Of a DNA stretch of 64,000 nucleotides, positions 40,886 to 49,099 are shown piece after piece. Source of the stretch: Microcoleus sp. (lineage in GTDB: Bacteria > Cyanobacteriota > Cyanobacteriia > Cyanobacteriales > Microcoleaceae). The position numbers and the translations under genes were made by a program. Location of the stretch: contig JAYFMW010000030.1 in NCBI GenBank assembly GCA_042408215.1, positions 512,001-576,000 on the forward strand, written 5' to 3'. The notes under the pieces were generated by a model that was not told the DNA's origin, searched no databases, and saw nothing but the letters and a program-made list of their open reading frames with translations. Each line of letters begins with the position of its first letter. Position 1 is the stretch's first letter.

Positions 40886-42052
40886 TTACTCCCCATAAAA
40901 TCGGCGATATTCTCGATTTATTTCTTGGGCGATCGCCTCTAAAATTGTCTCCATCTCTAGTTCGGGATGGCGATCGCTATGCAAAGATGCTTCTACCATA
41001 GCGTACCTATTTCTACTATCATCAGCTATTTTCGTCCTATTTTCCACCTCACTCTCCTGTGGTTCCAGCCATCCACCCTTGGCTGCTACAAATTCTTCGG
41101 AAATATCCGAAACATAACTCATTTTTTCCGATGTTTCCATCTGATAATCGGCTAATTCACTTTCGGAAAACAGGAGATTTTCTGAAGAATCATGTTTGAG
41201 GAAATCCGCCTCAATTATATGTTCTTGATTGGGCTGCGATACCAAAAAAGCCGACAAATCTTTTAAGCCTTTCATTCCCAGTGAATTTTGGGCAAAATCC
41301 CTCTGAATGTGCTCTGTTTGTTCTGTCGCCTTATCCAATTTTGGTAGATTGACATTCTGGGCAAATTGTGTTTTTATTTCCCTTGGTTCATCCACTACAG
41401 ACAAAACTTCTGAAGTTGGGTCTGAATCAGATTTATAGAAGGCTAATTCCTGAGATAAAACTCGATCGCCTCCCTCAGCATCAGATTCATCAAAACCTAA
41501 ATCCCTAGGATTAATCCTTGTATCTACCAGGGGAATTTCTGCCACAGAATCTGAATAATTCCCCAGCGCAGGATGATTTTTTTGCCCTTCTCCCGGCGCC
41601 ACAACTCTCTGGGATATCGCTTGAGGTTTTGACGAAGTATCCCCCAGAGATAAAGATGGCGATCGCCTTTTTGCATAACTAGATTGGCTATTAGCAGTAG
41701 GGATTGGTCGATCGGGATTAACCAAAGACTCGTATCTTCTCCAAGTTTCTAAGTAAGGATGAATTTTTGGGCGATCGTCCGATGTAGTTTCCTCCCCTAG
41801 ATTGATATTATTTAAACTTCCCAAATCAGGCGGAATAAACCCTGTAGTCAGCAATTTTTCCCAAACTTTAGATTCATTGATGACTACCTCGAATCGCTCA
41901 GTTTCCTGATACAAAAGCGCGATTTCCGCCCAATCTTCGCTACTCAAAAGATTGTCAGTCAACCATCCACTCGTATAGTTACACAATAAAGCTTGAAATT
42001 CATTGCTCAGATTGATGCCAAGATCTTTTAAACTTTCATCACCCATCTTCAC
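40886..42052 (-). CDS. Acidic low-complexity tail-operon protein with conserved-looking C-terminal helix
   Basis: GTG start after GAGGAG RBS (alternative ATG 42046); ends ETILEAIAQEINREYRRFYGE; directly downstream of the chaperone genes. Confidence 0.6.
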   Translation of the reverse strand: MKMGDESLKDLGINLSNEFQALLCNYTSGWLTDNLLSSEDWAEIALLYQETERFEVVINESKVWEKLLTTGFIPPDLGSLNNINLGEETTSDDRPKIHPYLETWRRYESLVNPDRPIPTANSQSSYAKRRSPSLSLGDTSSKPQAISQRVVAPGEGQKNHPALGNYSDSVAEIPLVDTRINPRDLGFDESDAEGGDRVLSQELAFYKSDSDPTSEVLSVVDEPREIKTQFAQNVNLPKLDKATEQTEHIQRDFAQNSLGMKGLKDLSAFLVSQPNQEHIIEADFLKHDSSENLLFSESELADYQMETSEKMSYVSDISEEFVAAKGGWLEPQESEVENRTKIADDSRNRYAMVEASLHSDRHPELEMETILEAIAQEINREYRRFYGE

Positions 42053-42088
42053 TTTGTCGCTCCTCTGTACTTCACTAAAACAGGACTT

Positions 42089-42660
42089 ATACCAATTTAA
42101 TGGGTCGTTGCACATATCTCGATCCCCCTAAATCCCCCCCTCCCCTAGGGCGTGACTTTCAGACTACGCCTTAAGATCTTAGATCCCCCTACATCCCCCT
42201 TAAAAAGGGGGACTTCCAGACTCTTTCCCCCCCCTTATTAAGGGGGGCTGGGGCCGATCTTAATGGGTCGTTGCACATATCTCGATCGCCCTAGCTCCCC
42301 CCCAAGGGGGGAAGGGGGACTTTGAGAAGAATCTTGTCCCACACCCCCTACTCCCCTACTCCCCTTATTAAGGGGGGTTATACCAATTTAATGGGTCGTT
42401 GCACATATCTCGATCCCCCTAAATCCCCCTTAACAAGGGGGACTTTGAGAAGAATCTTGTCCCCCCCTTATTAAGGGGGGTTAGGGGGGATCGAAATTCT
42501 ATGCAGCCTCATAAAAAACAGGTATTAGGGGGGATCGAAATTCTATGCAGCCTCATAAAAAACAGGACTTACGCACGCGGAGCCAAAAACCCGGTTTCTA
42601 CATCAATATCTCTCGGCTCAAGCCACGATTTTCAAAGAAACCGGGTTTTTTTGGCCTTAG
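42089..42660. repeat. Composite stack of MITE/REP-like repeats inside the tail operon
   Basis: Three copies of AATGGGTCGTTGCACATATCTCGATC plus an AAACCCGGTTT/AAACCGGGTTT palindrome. Confidence 0.8.
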
Positions 42661-42698
42661 TCCTATAAAAAAAGCCATCCCCACATCGCCACATCCCC

Positions 42699-43180
42699 TC
42701 ATTTTTCCGAGCGATTTTCCTCATCTAACAGTTGTAGATACATTGACACCTGCGCCATTGTCATCGATCCCACTTGTTGAGGAGTCCAACCAAAAGCACG
42801 CGCTAATCGAAAGCTAGCTAACACCAGTGGCGAATTACTTAACTCGAAATCATTTTTTTTTCCGTCAATCCGCTAATTTGCCGAATCTCACCGATCAGAA
42901 AGTTAACTAATCCTAGATTCATGCTTTTAACTTGTTCCAAGGAGAGACTAGGTTGTACTAGGGATTCTTTAATCATCAACAAAGGAATCAGGGCGGGATC
43001 GCTTTTCGCTGCTTTCATAATCAGCCCAAAAGCCCCAATCGTCAGCGGGCGCAATTGCACCACTAATTCCCGCTCTTTATTAGTGCTACTTGTGCTATGT
43101 TCCAATACCTCTGGGGGAATCGCGACATCAAAAATAATTTCTGAACCACCTAGCAGTTCTTCCGGCGTTAAAAATTGCAT
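42699..43180 (-). CDS. Tail assembly chaperone gpGT-like fusion via predicted -1 programmed frameshift (160 aa)
   Basis: A9 slippery run at 42853-42861; -1 frame gives NDFELSNSPLVLASFRLARAFGWTPQQVGSMTMAQVSMYLQLLDEENRSEK*. Confidence 0.8.
42839..43180 (-). CDS. Tail assembly chaperone gpG-like (113 aa)
   Basis: Follows the tube gene; VQLRPLT..., ends ISGLTEKK typical of frameshifting chaperones. Confidence 0.8.
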   Translation of the reverse strand: MQFLTPEELLGGSEIIFDVAIPPEVLEHSTSSTNKERELVVQLRPLTIGAFGLIMKAAKSDPALIPLLMIKESLVQPSLSLEQVKSMNLGLVNFLIGEIRQISGLTEKKMISS

Positions 43181-43384
43181 TTGAGGGTGAGGATTTAGGA
43201 AAAGTTTAAGTCAGGAATTACGCAGAAAAAGTCAAGGGTTCCGGTTTTTTTTACCGAGGTGATAGTTGTCACTAGATTAGTCCTGGACGCATGGGGACTC
43301 AGAAACCGGGTTTTTTACGAAAATATGCGATCGAGCCAGCACCCAAGGTAAAAAACCTGGTTTCTGTTGTTGATAGGTAAACTA

Positions 43385-43891
43385 TCAACCTGTCTCCTCA
43401 GAACTAATGCGTAAAGCTTTAAACGTCACTCCTTCCATCACAAAATCATCTTCAGGTAAAGTAAAACTCCAGCTTTCAAACTTGACCCCAAAGACTGTCA
43501 GTGTACTGCTGTTATCTGGTAAAGCTGGATTTTTCAGCGAGATGACAATATTAAAAGAAGGCTGAGGAATTGCGCCGGTAGGAGGAGGACTCGTCGCCCC
43601 ATCACCTAGGAGTAAGTGTAACAGGGCTCCATTGATGTGCGCGCGATCGATAAAACCCGAAACGCTAATATTACCCGGACGTAATTCTGTAGCAAAGCGT
43701 TTTCCTAATTCGTGATAGGGTCGTAATTCGTTTTCTACCTTAACCTGGACATTTTGTAAACGTCCCACTACGCTAGATAATTCGTACTTCCCGATCAAAG
43801 CTTCTGCTAATTTCCCCTCAACAGATTCTTGATTATCGACAGCTAAAACCAGCGAAGCATCCGAGCCGCGAAAAACATTGACATTAGGCAT
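43385..43891 (-). CDS. Tail tube protein
   Basis: Directly after the sheath; PYHELGKR...PGNISVSGFIDR, VKFESWSF..PEDDFVMEGVTFKA. Confidence 0.8.
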   Translation of the reverse strand: MPNVNVFRGSDASLVLAVDNQESVEGKLAEALIGKYELSSVVGRLQNVQVKVENELRPYHELGKRFATELRPGNISVSGFIDRAHINGALLHLLLGDGATSPPPTGAIPQPSFNIVISLKNPALPDNSSTLTVFGVKFESWSFTLPEDDFVMEGVTFKALRISSEETG

Positions 43892-43958
43892 AATTTTCTC
43901 TTCTATTCAGGGCAAAAATTCTTGAAATTCCCGTTTTTGCGATCGATGTATCCTTGAT

Positions 43959-45026
43959 TTATCCTAGATACATTGTCACTTGAATAAAATCAATACTGAA
44001 CGTCGGTTGCAGAATCATTTTCACGGCAACTTCCCCAGCAATTTCTTGTCGGCGGGTAGCCGAAACTTCCAGTTGATAACTTACCAGAGATTCGCTGTCT
44101 ACCATACTGGTAAGAAACGCATCCAAGGTGGCTTTCATTGCTCCTCGCACGCGATCGTTATTCAGCTTGCCAATATAAGGATCGCAAGAGGAGCGCACTC
44201 CATAAATTGCATAGTCAACAATGCGGCGCGTGGTGATTTGATTCCAAGGACTATCGGCTGTGGTGATGCCTTTGACGATTCGATATCCACTGCGGGCTTC
44301 TACCGTCAAGACTTTTTTTTGCACCAGTTCTTTTAGCTGAGCATTGTTAAACTCAGTGGTGATCCCTTCAATACTCAGAGTTTTATTAGTGGGGCTAGCT
44401 TGCACGTTCAAAGAAGCAATTAAGCCAGCTATAGCAGCGGCTAAATAACCCCCAGGAAGTTTGTGTTGCTTGCCTTTAGCCGTTAACAAAATTCCGGGTG
44501 CTGTAAATATCAGCCGACCTCGATCGTCGCTGAGATTGTGGCCGCTAATTTGCTCTAAATCGTCTTTACCGTTTTTAAACCCACTACCAATAATTCCAAT
44601 TCTTTCGCGTTTAATTTCGGCCGTAGTGTTCAAATGTCCTTTGAGGGCATCTACCATCCCAGCTTGGTTAGCATCTTGCCCCGCTAGGACAACTATATTG
44701 ACAATTTTGTTTTCTAATAGTGCTAAACTTTCTTGATAAGCATCAGTGGTTGCTCCCGAAGTTCGCACTGCATAAACCGTCTGTCCGCCATTTTTATAAA
44801 TCAATTCCAAGGCGCGAACTAAAGTTAGTTCGTCTTGCTCTCCGCCTTGCCATTCATTGCTCTCACCAAAAATTTCTTTAGCTTCCGAAAGACTACTGAG
44901 TAATGTTACTTCATTCTCAGTACCCTGACTGGCAGTACCAACAATACCAATATTCCCTGTAGCAACTCCACTGGGCGCAATTAAGCCTTCGGGGCGCACT
45001 TCAACGTAAGTGCCAGGTAAAATCAT
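43959..45026 (-). CDS. Contractile tail sheath protein (original start probably ATG 45477, now cut off by an insertion)
   Basis: ILPGTYVEV, IGIVGTA, SPTNK, KGITT...ITTRRIVD...YIGKLN...QPTFSIDFI. Confidence 0.9.
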   Translation of the reverse strand: MILPGTYVEVRPEGLIAPSGVATGNIGIVGTASQGTENEVTLLSSLSEAKEIFGESNEWQGGEQDELTLVRALELIYKNGGQTVYAVRTSGATTDAYQESLALLENKIVNIVVLAGQDANQAGMVDALKGHLNTTAEIKRERIGIIGSGFKNGKDDLEQISGHNLSDDRGRLIFTAPGILLTAKGKQHKLPGGYLAAAIAGLIASLNVQASPTNKTLSIEGITTEFNNAQLKELVQKKVLTVEARSGYRIVKGITTADSPWNQITTRRIVDYAIYGVRSSCDPYIGKLNNDRVRGAMKATLDAFLTSMVDSESLVSYQLEVSATRRQEIAGEVAVKMILQPTFSIDFIQVTMYLG

Positions 45027-45465
45027 AAAAACCTCACGGGAGCTTGGAAACCCAGTGGCTTGAGCCTAGGGAGGAAAAGCGATACGGGATGCTTTAGCGT
45101 CCCATGAATATTTTCAAAATCCATAGCTATCAAAAAATGGGTTGAAACCCGTCTTTCTAAGACGGTTTTATATTTCCCCTTTCGGGGTAGAGGGGTATGG
45201 TTGCCCCTCTAGGAAGATATGGTTGTCTCCATTTTTCCCTTTCGGGTAAAGTTCGCTTCGCCAATGTTTTAAGAGCTTTTTAAACCTGCAACACTGTTTC
45301 AGTGACCTTAAAACTGTTTAATTGCAGATGACAGAGCGGAAAACTAGCGTCGCATTCAAGGAGTGTCTTGACTCAAAAAACGTAGTCAGCTAAGACTTAG
45401 GCTGGTCAGAATGGCTTGTTTGATTACTCTTGCAAGCCCCGTCCCTTAAGGGCGGGGTTCCTGAC
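45027..45465 (-). mobile_element. Non-autonomous IscB-type IS200/IS605 element (omegaRNA/HEARO, no ORF), copy 1
   Basis: Plus-strand junctions TCAT|AAAAACC...CCTGAC|TGT; subterminal hairpins; homologous to 58809-59195. Confidence 0.82.
45235..45465 (-). ncRNA. HEARO/IscB omegaRNA scaffold, copy 1
   Basis: GTCAGGAACCCC...GGGGCTTG...TGACCAGCCTAAG...CTACGTT...GACAC...GCTAGT...GCTCTGTC...TTAAACAG...AAGGTCACTG..ACAGTG...ATTGGCGAAG. Confidence 0.78.
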
Positions 45466-45861
45466 TGTTTGAGCCATAAAATATCTTTTGTATTTCTCAG
45501 AACTATTTATCTCACATGAATGTTATTTTGAATAAAAAATGTAATAAAACTTATTATTGTTCAAGTTGGGTGATGGTTTCAAACTGAATCTAAGAACTAA
45601 GCTACCGAAGATGATGTGATCTCAAATCCGGTAGCATCGGAATTAATATTACTCACAGCCAGGACACGGCAGTGCCGTGTCCCTACAATTAATCACGGTA
45701 GTCCAAGGACACTGCCGTGTCCTCTCTCTATATCATTCCGGTGCAACCGGAATTGATGTGAGTCATTGAGATTTTTTAGTAAAACTTAAAAAAGTCAAAA
45801 GTAAGAAAGCTTTCAGTAAAAACAAGGTTTTTTAGTCTCAACTTTTAACTTTTGACTGGTT

Positions 45862-46076
45862 ATATCAATTCCGGTTGCACTCTTGGAGATGATTGTTGAC
45901 GGTTGACGGTTGACGGTTGACGGTTGACAGTAGACAGTTAACAGTTAACAGTTAACAGTTAACAGTAGACAGTTAACAGTTAACAGTTAACAGTTAACAG
46001 TTAACAGTTAACAGTTAACAGTTAACAGTTAACAGTTAACTCAAATTTACTATTCCGATGCTAACGGATTTGATAT
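45862..46076. repeat. Dispersed repeat (ATATCAATTCCG...CGGATTTGATAT) with (GTTGACG)/(CAGTTAA)n arrays
   Basis: Inverted ends and heptamer arrays visible. Confidence 0.8.
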
Positions 46077-46111
46077 TACACATTGAGTATTCAACTCAAA
46101 ACTCAAAACTT

Positions 46112-47140
46112 CTAAGGTGCCGCCGCCGCCCTACGGTTGGCGACAACCAGATTTGCCTGATACTCTGCCGCCTTTTGCTGAGCCTTTTGATGGTTCGGGC
46201 TAGTTGGTGGCACGGATCTCATCAGCCCAACTGCTTTCTGCCACTGGCTTGCTACTGCGTTCCACTCAGTTTGGGACTGAGCCGTCTGGGCCAGAATTGC
46301 TGCACTCTGAGCTTGATTAACCGCTTCCCTCCAAGGGTCAGACTTGGGCGCGGTGGCTTTGGGTACGCCAGAGGCTGGCTTGGGTGTGGCAGATGCCGCT
46401 GGGCTTGCCGGCTTAGCAGCATTAGGAGTGGCGACCGGCGCTGTTGAGGCTGGCTGTGGAGTGGCGACCGATTCACCGGGAGAGGGTGTGGCAGCTTTAG
46501 ACGCGGGTGGTGAGGCTTTGGGCTTGGGCGAAGCTGCTTCCGGGGCGCTTGGTTCTGAGGTCGATCTGCTCACGAATGGTAAATTACCAGTAAAGAAGAG
46601 TCCTGCGATCGCCACAAGAGGCACTAAGATTCCCACAGGTATTACCCATTTGGGGAATTGCTGTTTCGGAGGCGGATTTTCCTCGTCTTCGTCGTCTTCG
46701 TCCTCGTCTTCGTCCTCGTCTTCGTCCTCGTCTCGATCGAACTCTTCCTCTTGATAATATTCTGAGCCTTCGGACTCGTCATCATCTAAACCGGAGGAGT
46801 CCTTAGGCCTTGAACCCTCGTCTGGATAAAGCATTGGCTCCGGCGCCGGCATCAGCTCTATTTCGTCCTCCCAGGCTGGCGAGCGATCGCCCGCCCGACG
46901 CCCGTAGACTTTTACCGTGTGAATGGATTCGACTCCCAACTTCGTCATCCCGTTACGGATGAAATCGACCAATGCCATTTGACTCGGTACTTTGCCTGAC
47001 TCCAGAGTTATGTGGAGGCAGCCGTTGTCCCGGGTCACTTCGGCGTTGATGCCTTTGGGTTGGAGTGTACCGTTGATGCTAGATGCGATCGCTTTTGGAT
47101 CGCCCTGCTTGAGAAGTTCCCGCAGATTCTGTTGTGTCAT
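46112..47140 (-). CDS. Hypothetical bitopic membrane protein (cyanobacterial N-terminal domain, D/E tract, TM, Pro/Ala linker, helical C-terminal domain)
   Basis: KQGDPKAIA..IN..LQPKGI; poly-ED tract; WVIPVGILVPLVAIAGLFF; AQTAQSQTEWNAVASQWQKA. Confidence 0.75.
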   Translation of the reverse strand: MTQQNLRELLKQGDPKAIASSINGTLQPKGINAEVTRDNGCLHITLESGKVPSQMALVDFIRNGMTKLGVESIHTVKVYGRRAGDRSPAWEDEIELMPAPEPMLYPDEGSRPKDSSGLDDDESEGSEYYQEEEFDRDEDEDEDEDEDEDDEDEENPPPKQQFPKWVIPVGILVPLVAIAGLFFTGNLPFVSRSTSEPSAPEAASPKPKASPPASKAATPSPGESVATPQPASTAPVATPNAAKPASPAASATPKPASGVPKATAPKSDPWREAVNQAQSAAILAQTAQSQTEWNAVASQWQKAVGLMRSVPPTSPNHQKAQQKAAEYQANLVVANRRAAAAP

Positions 47141-47481
47141 GGCTGGCGCTGCTATACAAAACTTGGCTAAACTTATCAAATCGCTTCACCATGCAACTAG
47201 AAGTAATTTCTAGAGAGGCTGCTTTCTGGTTTCACCAAGGGAGTCGATCCGCAACTGTTGTCCACAGGCGTAAATTTGGGCGGAGCATCACCCTATTTTA
47301 CATGGTCATATATTTTTTTTAAAGCTTTTAACCATTGTTCTAACCATTTTCAACCAAATTAACAAATCGTGGTATCCCGATCGACCTTTGTATAGGCTGG
47401 TTAGTTTTGAATCGATCGCAGATTACTTACCGATCGAATCTGTAGCCTTGCCCATCTAAAAAACAACACCGCCTTGTAGCA

Positions 47482-47510
47482 AACCTAGCAGAAAAATACC
47501 ACCCTGTCAA
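47482..47510 (-). promoter_or_regulatory. Putative sigma70-type promoter
   Basis: Minus strand TTGACA-17 nt-TAGGTT with extended TG; ~340 nt upstream of the 47140 start. Confidence 0.45.
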
Positions 47511-47680
47511 CACAAACGCCATCCATAACTATGAAAAACCAGAGTTCAGAAATAATCCAAGAATATTTGCCAAGACACACCGAGAAAAAATCCCAACTCA
47601 ACCCAACGACCCTAGATTTGACACACCACCCGCCCACCTAACAAAAATATAAGAGACCATGACCGGCGGAATCGTTCAAT

Positions 47681-48074
47681 TTGACACTCTCCGACCTAAA
47701 GGTACGGAGATTCTTAAGCAGTTTTGACACTCTTAAAGGCGCTGTCTTGACACCTCTAGACGTTCAAAACAACTACCTTTCGGTGTTGCAATTACGCTTA
47801 CTTTTGGTTTATGCTTTCCTTCGCAATGCCTCAACACTAAGCCAGTTCGGTACGCTCACCATCCTGCGTTGCTTGCAGTGCCAAGCGTCTTTCTCTGACG
47901 AAAACGCTGAGGGTGTCTTACTGCCCGGAATCTCACCGTTCTAGGAATGGTTCAGCACGTAGTTGATACACTTGTTAAGCACAATTCAAGTTTAACACAA
48001 AATACTGGCAGCTATCAGGCTGCAACTGCGTTTCATACCCTGCGGGAAAGACCGGGGTTGGCGCGTGACGCGCT
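47681..48074 (-). mobile_element. ORF-less TnpB-type IS200/IS605 derivative (omegaRNA-like MITE)
   Basis: Right end AAGAATCTCCGTACCTTTAGGTCGGAGAGTGTCAA resembles the two TnpB right ends in this window; left-end-like hairpin at ~48035-48060; left boundary approximate. Confidence 0.65.
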
Positions 48075-48083
48075 ATAGCGCCG

Positions 48084-49064
48084 TTAGCGAAACAAGCTAG
48101 AGAGTTCTATCACTTTGGTTTGCAGGGTTGATATTTCTTCTCGCCCCCGCTTTAAAGAGGCTTCTAATTCTAGCAGTAAAGGCAAAGTTTTTTGCAGTTG
48201 TTCTAAGCTGGCGCTCTTGACTTCTTGGCGAAAATAATATACTCGCTTGGGATTGCCGAGGTCTAGAGCTTGAGCAATTTTATCATCGCGATCGCCCGAT
48301 TCGATCGCCGCCTTCACCCACAGCCAAATCCGAAACTTACCCGTCAAGCCAGCCACAATCCTTAAACCAGGCTCGCTGTGGCTCGTTAAGCCAGCCAATA
48401 ACTCCAAAGCTAGGGGGGTATCTCCAGAGCGAATAGCATCGGCTAACTGGAAAGTATTCTGGGCGTGACAGTGCACCAAAGCTGCTACCTCCTCCGGGTT
48501 CAGAGGTTGGCTGCGATCGCCCGCAAACAGCAGCAATTTTTCGAGTTCGCTATATAGCCCACGGGTATCGCTGCCGACGGATTCGGCCAAAAGTTCGATC
48601 GCCGTCGCGGTCAATTTTACTCCAAGTTCGCCAGCGACTTGGCGCACCCGTTGGGCTAATTCTTTGTCATTCCAAGGCGGAATCGGAGAAAATTCCCGCA
48701 CTTCGGCGGCGGACTTTACGAGTAACTTGGTAGACTTGAGCCGACTGTCCGGTTTTTTGACCGATGTCAGCAGCAGCACGGTGGTGTCGGGGATAACTGG
48801 CAAAGTCCGTTCCAATTGGGCTAAAAGTTCTGGAGAACACTGCTGCGTTACAGTCGTATTTGCCAGCCAGACAAAACGGCTGCCAGTACCAAAGGGGGGC
48901 GTTAAGGCTCGATCGAGTCCTTCGACCACGGCGTCCGCTCGATCGGCAATAATTTTGTCATAGTTAAAACTAGCCCAGTTGGGGTCAAGGGCTGTTTGGC
49001 GCAAACTGGTAACAGCTTGGGCAAGAGCAAAGTCGTCTTCCCCCCAAAAAAGGTAAATTTGCAT
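48084..49064 (-). CDS. holA: DNA polymerase III delta subunit
   Basis: IYLFWGEDDF, WASFNY, LTPPFG, PDSRLKSTK, IPPW, NPKRVYY. Confidence 0.92.
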   Translation of the reverse strand: MQIYLFWGEDDFALAQAVTSLRQTALDPNWASFNYDKIIADRADAVVEGLDRALTPPFGTGSRFVWLANTTVTQQCSPELLAQLERTLPVIPDTTVLLLTSVKKPDSRLKSTKLLVKSAAEVREFSPIPPWNDKELAQRVRQVAGELGVKLTATAIELLAESVGSDTRGLYSELEKLLLFAGDRSQPLNPEEVAALVHCHAQNTFQLADAIRSGDTPLALELLAGLTSHSEPGLRIVAGLTGKFRIWLWVKAAIESGDRDDKIAQALDLGNPKRVYYFRQEVKSASLEQLQKTLPLLLELEASLKRGREEISTLQTKVIELSSLFR

Positions 49065-49099
49065 TTCTAGCACAAAGCGACCCAGTAATGGTGTATTAT

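Larger units (their letters stand above)
25717..45477 (-). other. Headless contractile phage-tail / contractile injection system (CIS/tailocin-like) operon
   Basis: Co-oriented sheath, tube, chaperone, tube initiator, hub, spike, gp25, baseplate J, gpI-like, fibre and putative terminator genes; no head, packaging, integrase or lysis genes. Confidence 0.88.

Noticed and set aside
45027..45465. Self-splicing intron or IStron in the sheath gene
   Set aside because: No group I P7 core or group II domain V/GUGYG motif recognised; the sequence fits a HEARO/omegaRNA with IS ends. RNA-level removal was not tested
25717..45477. Intact prophage or T6SS
   Set aside because: No capsid, portal, terminase, integrase or replication genes; no TssJLM/ClpV; single-gene sheath
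47681..47944. 87-aa ORF MTLSDLKVRRF...
   Set aside because: Reads through the reverse complement of an IS605-type right end and RNA scaffold; no protein motif
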